A stretch of DNA of 64,000 bases from Longimicrobiales bacterium (GTDB lineage Bacteria; Gemmatimonadota; Gemmatimonadetes; Longimicrobiales; Gaopeijiaceae), in the NCBI GenBank assembly GCA_965226375.1, contig CBDDCX010000008.1, forward strand, positions 1-64,000. The letters run 5' to 3'. The notes beneath the pieces are model-generated. The model ran no database searches. It saw nothing but the letters and a program-made list of their open reading frames with translations, and had not been told where the DNA came from. A program made the translations under genes and the position numbers. This document shows, piece after piece, positions 11,356 through 23,000 of this stretch; the first letter of the stretch is position 1; each line of letters begins with the position of its first letter.

Positions 11356-11514
11356 GTCCTGAACCTTTCCCGCATTTCTTCGACTATAGTAGGAGTCCTG
11401 GCCGGGTTCCGATCCTGGGAAGCACCCTGTGCCAAGTAGATGATGGCACCTTCGATAGCCGCCCAGTCGGCCCTTTATCTGGCGGATGTCAAGCATTCTG
11501 TATAATCCCCTAAT

Positions 11515-12600
11515 GGGGTATTGCCTTAAGTCCACCGCCCACTACATGTTGTGGATCATGGCGGTTCCGGCTTCTCAGCTCCGTGGCGGCGTGGACTATC
11601 CCCGTACGCGGCTGGAGCTGGACGAGTTCTTCCCCGACGATCCGGCATGCCTGGAGTACGTGGAGGGTCTGCGCTGGCCGGAAGGGTTTGCTGTGCGTGG
11701 GCTGTGAGCGGGTTGGGAGAGGTCTGGCGAGCATCGCGGGGGCGTCTCGTCTGCCCACACTGTCGAAGGCAGACCTCGGTGCTGGCGGGAACCGTGTTCC
11801 ACCGCACGCGCGATCGCCCCTGCGTCTGTGGTTTCTCGCTGCCTGGGAGCTCACGAGCCAGAAATACGGGAGCCAATGCTCTGCGGGCTCCAGCGCGTGC
11901 TCGGACTGGGTTCCGCTACAAGACAGCGTGGGTCTGGCTCCACAAGCTCCGCCGGGCCATGGTCCGACCGGATCGCGACCAGCTGAGCGGCGTTGTGCAA
12001 GTGGACGAGAGCTATGTCGGGGGCGTTGGAGGCTGGAGTGCGGTGCCGCGAGACGATCAAGAAGGCCATTGTCGCGATCGCCGCCGAGGTCGACGGACGC
12101 AAGATCGGGAGCAATACGGCTGCGTTGCACGGTGCCCGACCTCTCCGCTCCGGTTCTGCGAGGCTTCGTCAAGGATAGCATCGCACCGGCAAGCACGGTG
12201 CATACCGACGGATGGCCAAGCTATCAGGGACTCGCCAAACTGGGCTTTCGCCACACGGTCACGAACCTCTCGACCTCCGGCGATCCCGCTCACGTGCTCA
12301 TGTCGGCCGTACATCGGGTGGCGTCTCTCCTCAAGCGCTGGGTCCTCGGAACCCTCCAAGGAGGGATCGCCCGCGAACACCTCCCCTACTATCTGGACGA
12401 GTTCACCTTTCGCTTCAACCGACGCACATCCGCGGGCTCGCGGCCTGTTGTTCTACCGCTTGCTTGAGCAGGCTGTTCAGTGTGCTCCCACGCCAGCTTC
12501 GGCCCTTTACCTCGGCACCGGACGTGGGAAACGTTGCCCGCAGAGCCCCGCCTAACCACTATATGTAGCTTGGGGTCGCGTGGACTAACGCGAATACTGC
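11515..12600 (+). mobile_element. IS1595-family (ISXO2-like DDE) element, frameshifted
   Basis: End GGGGTATTGCCTTAAGTCCACC; Zn ribbon LVCPHCRRQTSVLAGTVFH; VQVDESYVGG, VHTDGWPSY, YLDEFTFRFNRR. Confidence 0.85.
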
Positions 12601-15007
12601 GAGCCCGTCCGGCCTAAAGTATTGAACCTTAAGTCCACCGCATTTCCGACTATATGTAGTGAGTCCTGGCGGGTTCCGATCCTGGGAAGCTCCCTGGCGG
12701 CGTAGAATGGCACCTTCGATACGCAGGCTGGAGTCTGGACGAGTTCTTCTGAGCGACGATGCGGCATGCCTGGAGTAACCTAAAGGAGGGTATTCCCTTA
12801 AGTCCAGCCGACCCCAAGATATAGTGGTTACCGTGGGCTCTGCGCGGGTTCCGGTGCCGAGGTCTGGCCGAGCATGGCGTGGGAGCACACTGAGACAGCC
12901 CACTCAAGCGAAGCTCGGCAGACCTCAGGTCCCGTCGGTTGAACCGAAACGCGAACTCGTCCAGATAGTAGTCTGTGGTGTTCGCGGGCGATCCCTCCGC
13001 TCACGAGGACCCAGCGCTTGAGGAGAGACGCCAGCCAATGACCCTCGGCACGTACTCCAGCGCGTGCTCGGATCGTCGGAGGTACAAGACAGTTCGTGAC
13101 CGTGTGGCTCCACAAGCCCGTACGGGCGATAGTCCCTGATAGCGGCCATCCGTCGGATGCACCGTGCTGTGCCGGTGCGAGAGCCGGAACCGCCATGACC
13201 AGAACATGGAGTGGGCGGCCGCGGACCAAGCAGGCCGTATCGTCCCGATCTTGCCGTCCGAGGTCGAGGATCGGGACGAATACGGCCTTCTTGATCGTCT
13301 CGCGGTGCCCGACCTCTAAGCCTCCACCGACCCAAGATATAGTCGTCCGGGCTCTGCATCGCACGTTTTCCGCTCAGCACGGTGCGATACCGACGGTACC
13401 ATGGCCGAAGCTATCGTGGGAGCACACTGACCCACGCCTGCTTCAAGCAAGCGGTCACGAACAACAGCGCTGGAGCTCCGAGCGAGCTCCGTGCTCATGT
13501 CTGGCTCGTCGGCAGTGAAGCGTCTCACAGACGCAAGCGCTGCGGTGGAACTCGGTTCCCGCCATAGAGGGGATCTGCCTTCGCGCAGACGAGACCCCCC
13601 TACGATGCTGGACAGGTTCCGAGGACCTTTCGCTTCACAGCCGACGCACATCAAACCGGGCTCACGGCCAGCGCAGACCCTACGGCCGTACTTGAGCATG
13701 CCGCGTCAGCGGAAGAACTCGTCCAGCTCCAGGTTCGGAGGATAGTCCACGCTCGCCACGGAGCGTGTGAAACGGCCCGCAGAACCGCCGGTGACCACAA
13801 CATGTTGGGTCGGTGGACTTAAGGGAATACCCCCTATCCCCTAAAGGGGGTATTGCCTTAAGTCCACCGACCCACAAGATGTAGTGGTCACCGGCGGCTT
13901 GCCGGGCGATTCTCACGCTCCGGTGACGAAGCGTGGACTATCGCCGAAGCTGGCGTGGGAGCACACTGGACGAGCCTGCTTCAAGCAAGCGGTAGAACAA
14001 CAGGCCTGCGAGCCCGTGGATGTGCGTCTGCGTTGAAGCCGAAAGGTGAACTCGTTGATAGTAGCGTGGACCTGTTGGCGGCGATCCCTCCTTGGAGAGG
14101 TTCTGGCGACCCAGCGCTTGAGGATCGTCTCGCGGCCCCGCACTGTCGACGGCAGACCTCGAGCACGTGAGCGGGATCGCCGAGGTCCACCGCAGCTCTC
14201 GTGACCGTCTGTGCGACAACGCCGCTCAGCCTGGTCGAGATCACTGATAGCTTGGCCATCCGTCGGCCAATGCACTCGGGCTTGCCGGCGCGATGCTCGG
14301 ACTTGTGGAAGCTCGCAGAGACCAGCGGAGAGGTCTGGCACCACAAGCTCAGCCGGGCCATGGTCCGACCGGATCGCGTCCAGTCTGAGCGGCGTTGTGC
14401 GAGTCGAGACGATTGGCTCCGTATGATCGGGGGCTCGTGGCTGCACTGCCAGCCGCCAGCCCCCGATCAAGAAGGCCATCGTCGCACTTGCACAACGCCG
14501 AGGTCGACTGGTCGCGATGCGGTCGGACCATACGGCGGGCTTTGCCCGACCCACGCTCCGAGTCTCTGCGAGGCTTCCCAGTCCGCATCGCACCGGCAAG
14601 CACGGACGCCCGACGCGATGGCTCCGCTATTTCAGGGACTCTGAGCTCCCAGGCACGAGTCACGAACCACAGACGCTCCGGCGAGCGCGCTGCACGTGGA
14701 ACACCCTTCTGGCCAGCACCGAGGTGGCTGTCCTTCGACAGTGCTGGGTCAGACGAGAACGCCTCCAAGGAGATCGCTCGCGAGACACTCTCCCAACCCG
14801 CCATCAGCCCACGCAGTTCAAACCCTTCTCGCTTCAGCGCAGACGCCTCCACGTACTCGCGGAACCGCTCGCTTGAGCAGGCTCGTCCAGTGTGCTCCCA
14901 CGCCAGCGTTCGGGGATAGTCCACGCTCGCCACGGAGCGTGAGAAACGGCCCGCAGAGCCCCGGTAACCACTATATCTTGGGGTCGGTGGACTTAAGGGA
15001 ATACCCC
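12601..15007. repeat. Two further garbled IS1595 copies (about 12787-13833 and 13847-15007) plus a smeared copy of the 11380-11460 flank
   Basis: IS ends GGGTATT(G/C)CCTTAAGTCC / GGACTTAAGGGAATACCCC recur; interiors mix forward and reverse-complement pieces. Confidence 0.75.
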
Positions 15008-15025
15008 CTATTCCCCTAAATTATC

Positions 15026-15135
15026 TTAGGTGGCCTTGCGCTGCTGGGTTAAGCCGAGCGTTGTATTCTCGAGCTTCCCTGCTTCAAACACGTCGTCGAG
15101 CAAGTGGGGAGCCTCGAGCCTTCCGAACTTGCCCC
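15026..15135 (-). pseudogene. Diverged 3' fragment of an IS256 transposase
   Basis: Translates KFGRLEAPHLLDDVFEAGKLEN...TQQRKAT*, paralogous to the C-terminus of the 15244 ORF. Confidence 0.6.
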
Positions 15136-15214
15136 TGCGCCACCGTCAAGGCAATCGACGCGTGCTCTGTCCCCTTATCAACCCTGCTTTGGAGTCATGG
15201 TTGCCAACTGTCAA

Positions 15215-16290
15215 GAGGTTGGGTCAATAGGTGTGTAAACGTATCAGGCGGCATTCTTCCGCTGTTGGGTTGAGACGGGCTTTCCGTCTTCGAACTTCCT
15301 TCCTTCAAACACGTCCTTGAGGAGGTGAGGAGCGTCGAGCCTTCGGAACCGCTTCTCGGCCACCAAGAGCAACTTCCAGATCAGCGCCGTAGCGCTCTCG
15401 ACCCGCTTGAATCGCTTCGCCGCCGTCGTCCTGAGCCGCAGCGCAGCGAACGGGCTCTCGACCACGTTCGTCGTGCGTAGATGCTTCCAGTGATCCTCGG
15501 GGAAGTCGTAGAACGCCACCATCCGCTCCCAGTCGTCCTCGAGTACGTCCACCGCCTTCGGATACCACGGCCTGTAGCGCCTGGCGAACACTTCGCGGGC
15601 CTTCACAGCCTCGGCCCGGCTCGGTGCGTAGACCACGGCCCTGAGAAGATCCTTCGCCTCGCTCTGCTCCCGCTGCGGCAGCCGGTCCAGCACGTTCCTC
15701 ATCTTGTGGTTCCAGCACCGTTGCCAGCCCGCCTCAGGCCATACCTGCCGTACTGCGCCCCAGATCGCCGCGTTACCGTCCGCCATCAGAAGCCGGGGCG
15801 CCTCGATGCCGCGTGCCTTCAGATCCCGCAACACCTCCGACCAGGACTCGACCGACTCTCGGTAGCCCGATCTCAGGGCCAACACCTCCTTCGTCCCGTC
15901 TCGCATCGCGCCCAGCACCACCACCAGCGCCGCCTTGTCCCGCTCGAGCCCTGCCTTCACGTAGAATCCCGTCCGCCCATACGTAGACGACCTCACGGCC
16001 CTCCAGGCGACGCTGGCTCCATTCCTCGAACTCCGCCGTCCATCCCGCCCGCAGTCTCCGAATCGAAGACTTCGACAGCGGTGCCCCCTCGCCTAGCAGT
16101 CCCCGCATCGCCAGCTCGGAAGTCTCCCTCCGCCAGTCCGTGCAGATACAGCTCCGGAAGCAGAGCGCCCAGCTCCTTCGTCCGTCGTGCGAACAACGGC
16201 AGCACCCGACTCTCGAGCCGCTCCTCGACGCCCCGAACCCGAGGGCGTCGGAGTGTGATCGTGCCCGAGCTCATCGCCAACCGCCTCGGC
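15215..16290 (-). mobile_element. IS256-family element, 5'-truncated and frameshifted
   Basis: VYVWADG, LLMADGNAAIW, QRCWNHK, LRTTNVVES; near-identical partial copy at 51585-52190. Confidence 0.88.
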
Positions 16291-16395
16291 TTGCGTGGAG
16301 CCGAGCAACCGAAGATAAGCCGCTGACAAGGCGATCTCGCGGTCCGGTGGAGCAGCTATGGGGTCTCTGGATTCGGACATAATTGGCTCACCCAC

Positions 16396-16794
16396 TCAGA
16401 AGTCAACGTCCGGCTGGTGAACACCCTGCTCGTCGCATCCCCGGACCCCACTACGGGCGCCGACGCCAAGCATCAGCAGCTCGTAGACATGGATCTCCAC
16501 CGTGGGAACCGACTCGCCTTCGCGGTCGTAGCTGCCGTATTCGACGCGGCCTTCGACGTATAGTCGGTCGCCCTTCGAGACGAATTCGTCCGCAACCTCG
16601 GCGAGCTTGCCCCAGCACGTCAGACGGTGCCAGTCCGTGTGCTCCTGGGCTTCTCCTGCGCTGTCTGTCCAAGGTCGGTTTGTCGCAAGCGACAGCCTCG
16701 TCAGCTTGGTCCCACCCGACGTGGTTCGCATTTCCGGTGCGGCACCGACGTTGCCGATCAGGGTCAGTTTGTTCAGGGAACGCATGCTTACCAC
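16396..16794 (-). CDS. ssb: Single-stranded DNA-binding protein (mobile-element type)
   Basis: SLNKLTLIGNVGAAPEMRTT...LSLATN...EHTDWHRLTCWGKLAE...KGDRLYVEGR. Confidence 0.92.
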   Translation of the reverse strand: MVSMRSLNKLTLIGNVGAAPEMRTTSGGTKLTRLSLATNRPWTDSAGEAQEHTDWHRLTCWGKLAEVADEFVSKGDRLYVEGRVEYGSYDREGESVPTVEIHVYELLMLGVGARSGVRGCDEQGVHQPDVDF

Positions 16795-16994
16795 TCCAGT
16801 AGGTTGAGGTCCGATTCTTCCAGCTCGTCCACGAGCCCACCGGGGTCCGAGGCGTTTAAGAGGTCTTCCGCGCCGTCTGGTCCGAGCTCCTCGAGGTAGT
16901 CAGTTAGCGCCTCGCGATCCACCGTGCAGCCTTCTTGCTCAATCATCTCAGCCAAAGCCTCCGCGTCCGCTTCGAGATCGGTTGGCATGTTCAT
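16788..16994 (-). CDS. Small acidic hypothetical protein
   Basis: RBS GAGGTG; co-oriented with and overlapping ssb. Confidence 0.55.
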   Translation of the reverse strand: MNMPTDLEADAEALAEMIEQEGCTVDREALTDYLEELGPDGAEDLLNASDPGGLVDELEESDLNLLEW

Positions 16995-17032
16995 CGGGTA
17001 TCACCTCGTCTCGGTTTGTGCGTGAGAGATCT

Positions 17033-17314
17033 TCACGCCTGTGCTGCTGGCTGTGAGCGGCACCAATAGCAGACTGTGGGCCGTACGAAGCTGAAGCGTT
17101 GGCAATGGATGCACGGCCAGCTTCTGCGTTTCAGGACCACGAGGATCGAGGTCCGTAGGCACCTGATACGCTCAGCCGTGTCGGACCCCAACCGGCTGCC
17201 GGGGTTGACGCCGATCCTACCGTCGGCGAGCGGATCCAGCCGGAAGCCTTGCGCGACGAGCTCGACCACAAGAGCCGTCGCCTCTTCCACCGTCGCGGGG
17301 CTGGTGGATTTCAT
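17033..17314 (-). CDS. Small protein with TubC-N-like segment and CxxC..CxxC tail
   Basis: LVVELVAQGFRLDPLADGRIGVNP...IRCLRTSILVVL; CIHC...CYWC; ATGA overlap with the upstream ORF. Confidence 0.5.
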   Translation of the reverse strand: MKSTSPATVEEATALVVELVAQGFRLDPLADGRIGVNPGSRLGSDTAERIRCLRTSILVVLKRRSWPCIHCQRFSFVRPTVCYWCRSQPAAQA

Positions 17315-18145
17315 AGTTTGACCCAGTCGTCGGCGGCGTTCCGCTCATCTGGCTGGGGACCACAAAGGTCCAGTGCCGTCTGGTCGTGCGTTTTGGCACC
17401 GAACTGCAGCACGTGCTCACGTTGCTCACGGGTGCTCACGTCCTCCCGGTGATCCTCGGCGGTGTGCGCGTTGTGAGGAGTGTGAGCGTCATCCCCTTCT
17501 TTGTGCTTCTTCGGGCGGAGATAGATGGTATATCGGTCACGCCCTTCGCCTCGCTCAACGTCCCATCCAGAGGCTCGGAGTGAAGGTGCGGCCCGAGTCA
17601 GTCGACCGCCCATCGCTTGGGGTGTCCCAGGCCAGCCCTTCGTCGGGTGGGCTCCGACCTCACGACGAGCGTCGAGGTCCGCTAGGAGCTCAGCGGCGGT
17701 CCCTTCCCAGGTGCGACCGTCCTCAACTAGGTCCACGAGCGCGGTAGCCACGGGATCAGCGTCGATGCTGGACTGCACCGTGTGGTCGCGAGCCGCCGCG
17801 TAGGCCTCGAAGAAAGCGCCCGGCTTCCACGGCAGAGAGGGCTCGCACGCGACGACCCACAGCGCGAAGTCAGCCATCCGAGGCGACCGCTCAAGGTGTA
17901 CGGCGTCCCGTCGCCCGAGCCCCACTCCCACCGCGTCCAGAAGCGCGGCCAGAACGCCGGGGCGGATACGGTCGAGCTCCGCGATCGTACGGTCCGCGAG
18001 GTCGCCACGGGTCGCTACGGACTCGATCGACGTCAGGATAATGGGCCGACGGTCAGCGTAGGCCACCTCGTCGCCGTCCGTGTACAACTGGCGAGTGGAA
18101 TAACCGCCGCCGGTAGCGATCCTGCACAGTGCGTCGGATAGCCGC
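17311..18145 (-). pseudogene. C-terminal part of a phage/ICE primase-associated ATPase/helicase
   Basis: LSDALCRIATGGGYSTRQLYTDGDE...PIILTSIESVATRGDLADRTI...SPRMADF...WEGTAAELL; N-terminus lost next to the IS end. Confidence 0.7.
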
Positions 18146-18208
18146 CTATGGCGCAGCGGAAGCTCTCGACTCCAGCGGTGGTGGAACAGAAGAAAAACTC
18201 AAACATTC

Positions 18209-18236
18209 ACCTGTCCACTGAACCGGGGGACCTCCA
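18209..18236 (-). mobile_element. Orphan IS3-type terminal inverted repeat
   Basis: ACCTGTCCACTGAACCGGGGGACCTCCA, exact reverse complement of 39093-39120. Confidence 0.8.
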
Positions 18237-18871
18237 GGGATCTCTTGGACCATCAGGGACGCGGCTCGGGTCCAGTGGCGTCTGAGGATCCGACTCGCCT
18301 CGGCCACTCCGTCCTCGGCCGGGGCGACCACGATTTCCCGATGGTCACAGAGGGCGACCCTGATGCGCTCCGGCTTGGACATGTACGTGACCTCGTACCG
18401 GAGAAAGCGGATCTTGAGCTGCTCGAGAATCTGCAAGAGGAGAGGGTTGGGGCAGTGGCGGAGCAGCGTCCCATGCCAAAGGGCGTCGAGCTCGAAGTTG
18501 CGCCGGGGTCTCGCTGAGCAGCCTCTCTCTGCTCCGTGAGCTCACCGAGCCTATCGAGCACATCTTCGTCCGGTGCACCGGCCAACCCCAGCGCAGAGGA
18601 TTCGATCAAGCCGATGGCCACGTAGAGCTCGTGGGCTTGCGCAAAGACCAGGGGCGCGACGCAGAGGCCCGGCCGCGGGTGACCATCCACCAGCTTGTCA
18701 GCTTTCAGCTGAAGCAGGGCCTCCCGCAAGGGCGTCCTACTCACCCCCCAGCGTGGGCAATCTCCTGCTCATTGATATTCGATCCGGGCTCAAGCTCTCC
18801 CGACAGGATCTGGCCAACACGATGTCTCGAAGCTGCTCTCGCAGCGGAGCGGGTCGCACTAGCTTCGCCAT
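18237..18871 (-). pseudogene. GntR/FCD-family regulator, frameshifted and cut by the IS end
   Basis: PLREQLRD...ILSGELEPGSNINEQEIA...SRTPLREALLQL; FCD-like DHREIV...ILRRHW. Confidence 0.82.
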
Positions 18872-19113
18872 CCCTGGTCTTCCTTTCTCGCGGGTTCCGG
18901 GTTGCGGCCGCGGGTCGTTTCCGGCGACGCGAAGACAACATCCCCCGCACACGTATTGCGACGTCTATACCGTAGCAGGCCTAACGCGCGGCATTCCCCG
19001 AGTCTAAGACATTCCCCGTCTCCATGGGAGTCAATCCCAAAGCTAGTTGAAACTCGAGTGACCTCTCTCGCTCAAGCGGCGGTGTGAACAGCGCTATCAG
19101 GGCTTGTGACTTC

Positions 19114-19152
19114 TAGTTTGTCCTGATAATTTGTCCTGATAGTTTGTCCTGA
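19114..19152. repeat. 3 x 13-bp tandem repeat TA(G/A)TTTGTCCTGA
   Basis: Directly visible in the divergent GntR/ECF intergenic region. Confidence 0.85.
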
Positions 19153-19218
19153 GGAGTGCATTGTGAGAGCGACTATGATGGCGATCTTGGTCTTGGTTAG
19201 GCTACGACGGATCGGACC

Positions 19219-19785
19219 TTGCCAGCCCGAGCGCTAGACCACGGCACCGTGATGGAGCGAATCCCTGATGGCCACCGGGACTCCACCGACGTGCTCTTCA
19301 AGCGGTACTGGTCACCGCTCATGGCATACGCCTTTGGAATCGTAAGCGATAGGGACACGGCTGAAGACGTCGTACAGATGACGTTTCTTCGTCTCCGGAT
19401 GAAGAGTGGTCACTGGGCCCCTGAGGGCACGCCAAGCAGCTACCTGTTCCGGACCACCCGAAATCTTGCCTTAAACGCCTGTCGGGACGAACGGTTGCGC
19501 CAGAGGAGGCACCAGGAGGGAGGGGGTAACGCGGCAGAAGCTCTCCTTCTCCGCACACCGGCGGAGGACCTGGAGACCCGTAGGCTCCACGCCGAGATCG
19601 AACGGGCCATCCAGCGTCTCTCCGAACGGCGCCGCGAGGTCTTCGTTCTCTCACGCCTTCACGACCTGACGCACCGAGAAATCGCCGAGCGGCTCGGTAC
19701 GTCGTCCCAAACCGTCTCGAATCACATGAGTGCGGCCTTAGGCGAGCTCAGGCACAAACTCGCACATCTATCGGTCAGGAACTGA
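19219..19785 (+). CDS. ECF RNA polymerase sigma-70 factor
   Basis: AEDVVQMTFLRL, SYLFRTTRNLALN, LSERRREVFVLSR...THREIAERLG. Confidence 0.92.
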   Translation: MPARALDHGTVMERIPDGHRDSTDVLFKRYWSPLMAYAFGIVSDRDTAEDVVQMTFLRLRMKSGHWAPEGTPSSYLFRTTRNLALNACRDERLRQRRHQEGGGNAAEALLLRTPAEDLETRRLHAEIERAIQRLSERRREVFVLSRLHDLTHREIAERLGTSSQTVSNHMSAALGELRHKLAHLSVRN

Positions 19786-20085
19786 TAGACATGATGCGTA
19801 TCCCGGATGACCCACGGGTTGGGCCTTACGTTCCAGTCGCACTATGGGCTTGTCGACGCCCGGATTGGGGCGGTTTCCCCCATGCCGATCGTGTTGGGGA
19901 TAGTAGTTCACCCAGTTGCCTCGTATCTTATTGGAATATAGCTTAAAGCCAGTTGCCAGCGGTGGAGCGGGAAACGGATCATTTCGAAGCGACACCCCCC
20001 ACTCCTCATTCACTTGGTCTAGTACGAGGCCAGGTGAGCCACCGCTAATCTGATGGTACGTCTCTTCCTCCAGCTGGAGTGACAC

Positions 20086-23000
20086 ATGGACAGGAAGTTT
20101 CGCTTAGGATCCGCTCCTTTGATGGTCGCTGCCATGTTCCTCGGGGAGCCTTCTGCGATCCTGAACGCGCAAGCGCCTATGCAGATCTCACCGCTGGCGA
20201 CGATTAGCGGTCGGGTGGTGAATGCCGGGACCCGGCAGCCGATCGCATCTGCGCAAGTGCACATTCCCGAGCTCGCCCTTGGGGTGCTCTCCCAGGCGAA
20301 CGGCCGCTATCTCCTCCTGAACGTACCCGCCGGCGCCCATACGGTGCTCGTGCAGCTCATCGGATACCGCACGGCTTCCCAAACCGTCACAGTGGGGCCC
20401 GATGAAGCGGTGGAGCTGGACTTCAACATCACTGAACAGGCGCTGGTCTTGGACCGGCTCGTGGTCACAGGAACTGTCGGGGAGACCTTGCAACGTTCCC
20501 TCGGGCACGCCGTGGGGACGATTGCTGCGTCTGAGATAGTTAGGAGAACGGAAATGCCGGGCCTGACCGACCTCCTCAACGGTCGCGAGCAGGGGGTTGT
20601 CATTATGGGCGCTTCCGGCATGGCTGGCGCCGGACCGAGGATCAACATTCGAGGCACGTCCAGCCTTTCGCTCAGGGGGGAACCTCTCCTCTACGTGGAC
20701 GGGATCCGTGTAAACAACGACATCGCCACCGGACCGCAGATCCAGGGATTCGGGGCCGGGATGATCTCTCGGCTAAATGATTTCAGCCCTGAGGACATCG
20801 AGTCGGTCGAGATCATCAAGGGTCCCGCCGCGGCCACCCTCTACGGCACCGAGGCCATGAACGGCGTGATTCAAATCATAACCAAGCGAGGCCGTACGGG
20901 GCGCCCTGTGTTGGACTTCCGGATGGGGCAGGGGGCGCAATGGCTCCACAACATCGCAGAGCGCTTCCCCACCAACTACCAGCGCGATGTCGATGGTACC
21001 CTCGTGACGCGAAACCGCGTCGCGGATTTGATAGAGGCCGGCAACTCCCCCTTTCGGACCGGCCGTAGCCAGTCGTATGGAATGAGTGTACGGGGTGGCT
21101 CCAGCGACGTGTTGTACTACGCAGCGTTCAACCTCGACCGAGAAGAGGGTGTGAACCGGGAGAACGCTTCTCGGCGCTACAGCGGCCGCCTGAACCTCAC
21201 TATGTCTCCCAGTAGTTCCCTTGAGGTGACAACTGCGCTCGGCTTCGGGACGGGGAGGATCGACCTGTTCCGGGAGACGAGCATCTGGAGCAGCTTTTAC
21301 AACGCTCGGCCCTTGCTGAAGGGGACCCCGCAGGATCGCCGGCCTCCCGACATTATCGACAAGGCGTTTGAGGATTTCCAGAAATACCAGCACCTGACGG
21401 GATCCCTCCAGCTACGGCACACTCCAGTGCCCTGGTTCAGCCAGCGCCTCGTCCTGGGAGGCGACGTGACCGGCGAGACCAACGAGAGGATCATCGAACG
21501 CATGGATGCGGAGTTGCTGGAATACTATAGCGGCGCCACAACTCTCGGCAGCAAGTCTCGTGAGGACCGGACGATCACGATCAAGTCGCTGGACTACAAC
21601 GGGACTCTCTCGTATGAAGTGGCCGATGATCTCGTGCTCCGTTCCACCGTTGGCACTCAGTATTACACCCGTCTGACGGACATCCTGCAAGCCAATGGAA
21701 GGGAGTTCCCCGTCCGGGGGGTCGATGTTATCAGCGCGGCCGGGACCACCTTCGGCGGCGGCGACTTCGTGGAGAACTCGACCCTGGGTTTCTACGTCCA
21801 GGAGCAACTTGCCTGGAAGAACAGGATCTTCTTCACGGCCGCCATGCGGGGGGACGACAACAGCGCCTTCGGCAAAGACTACGACTTCGTCACATACCCG
21901 AAGGCCAGTGCGGCTTGGGTGCTTAGCGAGGAGGATTTCTGGAACGTGGGCTTCGTGGACGCATTTCGGCTTCGTGCAGCCTTCGGCGCGGCGGGCCAAC
22001 AACCCGAGACCTTTGCCGCCCTCCGCACCTATCGCCCCATCTCCTCCGGAGACGGCGGATCGGCCGTGTCGCCGCAGTTCATCGGGAATCCGGACCTTGG
22101 TCCCGAGCGCAGCTCGGAGGTGGAGGTGGGCTTCGAGGCGAGCCTGCTGAACGAGCGGATTGGACTCGACGTCACCTATTACAACTCGACGACGAGTGAC
22201 GGCATCATCGAGCGGCCGATGGCCCCTTCCTCGGGCTTCGCCGCCAGCCAGTTCCTGAACCTCGCGAAGATCAAGAAGCAGGGTGTGGAGCTTGACTTGA
22301 GGACCCATTTGATCAATACGGAGCGGTTCGGCTGGGACGTGGATCTGAGACTGGGGTGGAACAGTAGCGAGATAAAGGACCTGGGCGACGTGATGGAAAT
22401 TCCCCTCCAGGGGGGGAGCGTAACCGGAGTTCACGCCCATAGGATCGGGTTCTCTCCGGGGTCCTTCTTCTGGTTCGATATCGTGAGCCAGGAGATCGGA
22501 TCGGACGGCACCGCCACAAATGTGATGTGCGACGGGGGCACGGGGAAAGGCGGCTGGGAGAAGGGAGGAACGCCGGTCCCCTGCGACCAGGCGCCGAAGG
22601 TGTTCCAAGGTGTCCCGACTCCTCGCTACGATGGCTCCCTCTTCTCGCAGTTCCGATTCGGCGAGAATCTGCGGCTCAGCGCCATGGTGGACTTCAAGGG
22701 TAGTTATTCCGCCTACAACTTCAGTGAGTTTCACTGGTGCAGAAGTGCCTCGCTGTGCCTCGAGCGGAACGATCCGACCTCGCCCCTTGTGGACCCCAAG
22801 CGGGTCGCCATGCTTGCAGACCCGGTGCTCCAGATCGGCTATGGGATTCACGACCAGAGCTTTGCCAAGCTCCGCGAGGTGTCCCTCACTTACTCGATTC
22901 CGGACACGTGGCTTAGGGGAACGGGCATTCAGCGAGCAGGCATATCAGTCTCCGCCCGAAACCTGGCGACCTGGACGAATTGGCCCAGCCCCGGGCTCGA

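Noticed and set aside
12601..15007. Novel genes in the ORFs of this interval
   Set aside because: They are scrambled IS1595 sequence
21412..22851. Long antisense ORFs (also 46490-47110, 54013-55383, 34257-35285)
   Set aside because: Shadow frames of GC-rich genes with no recognisable motifs
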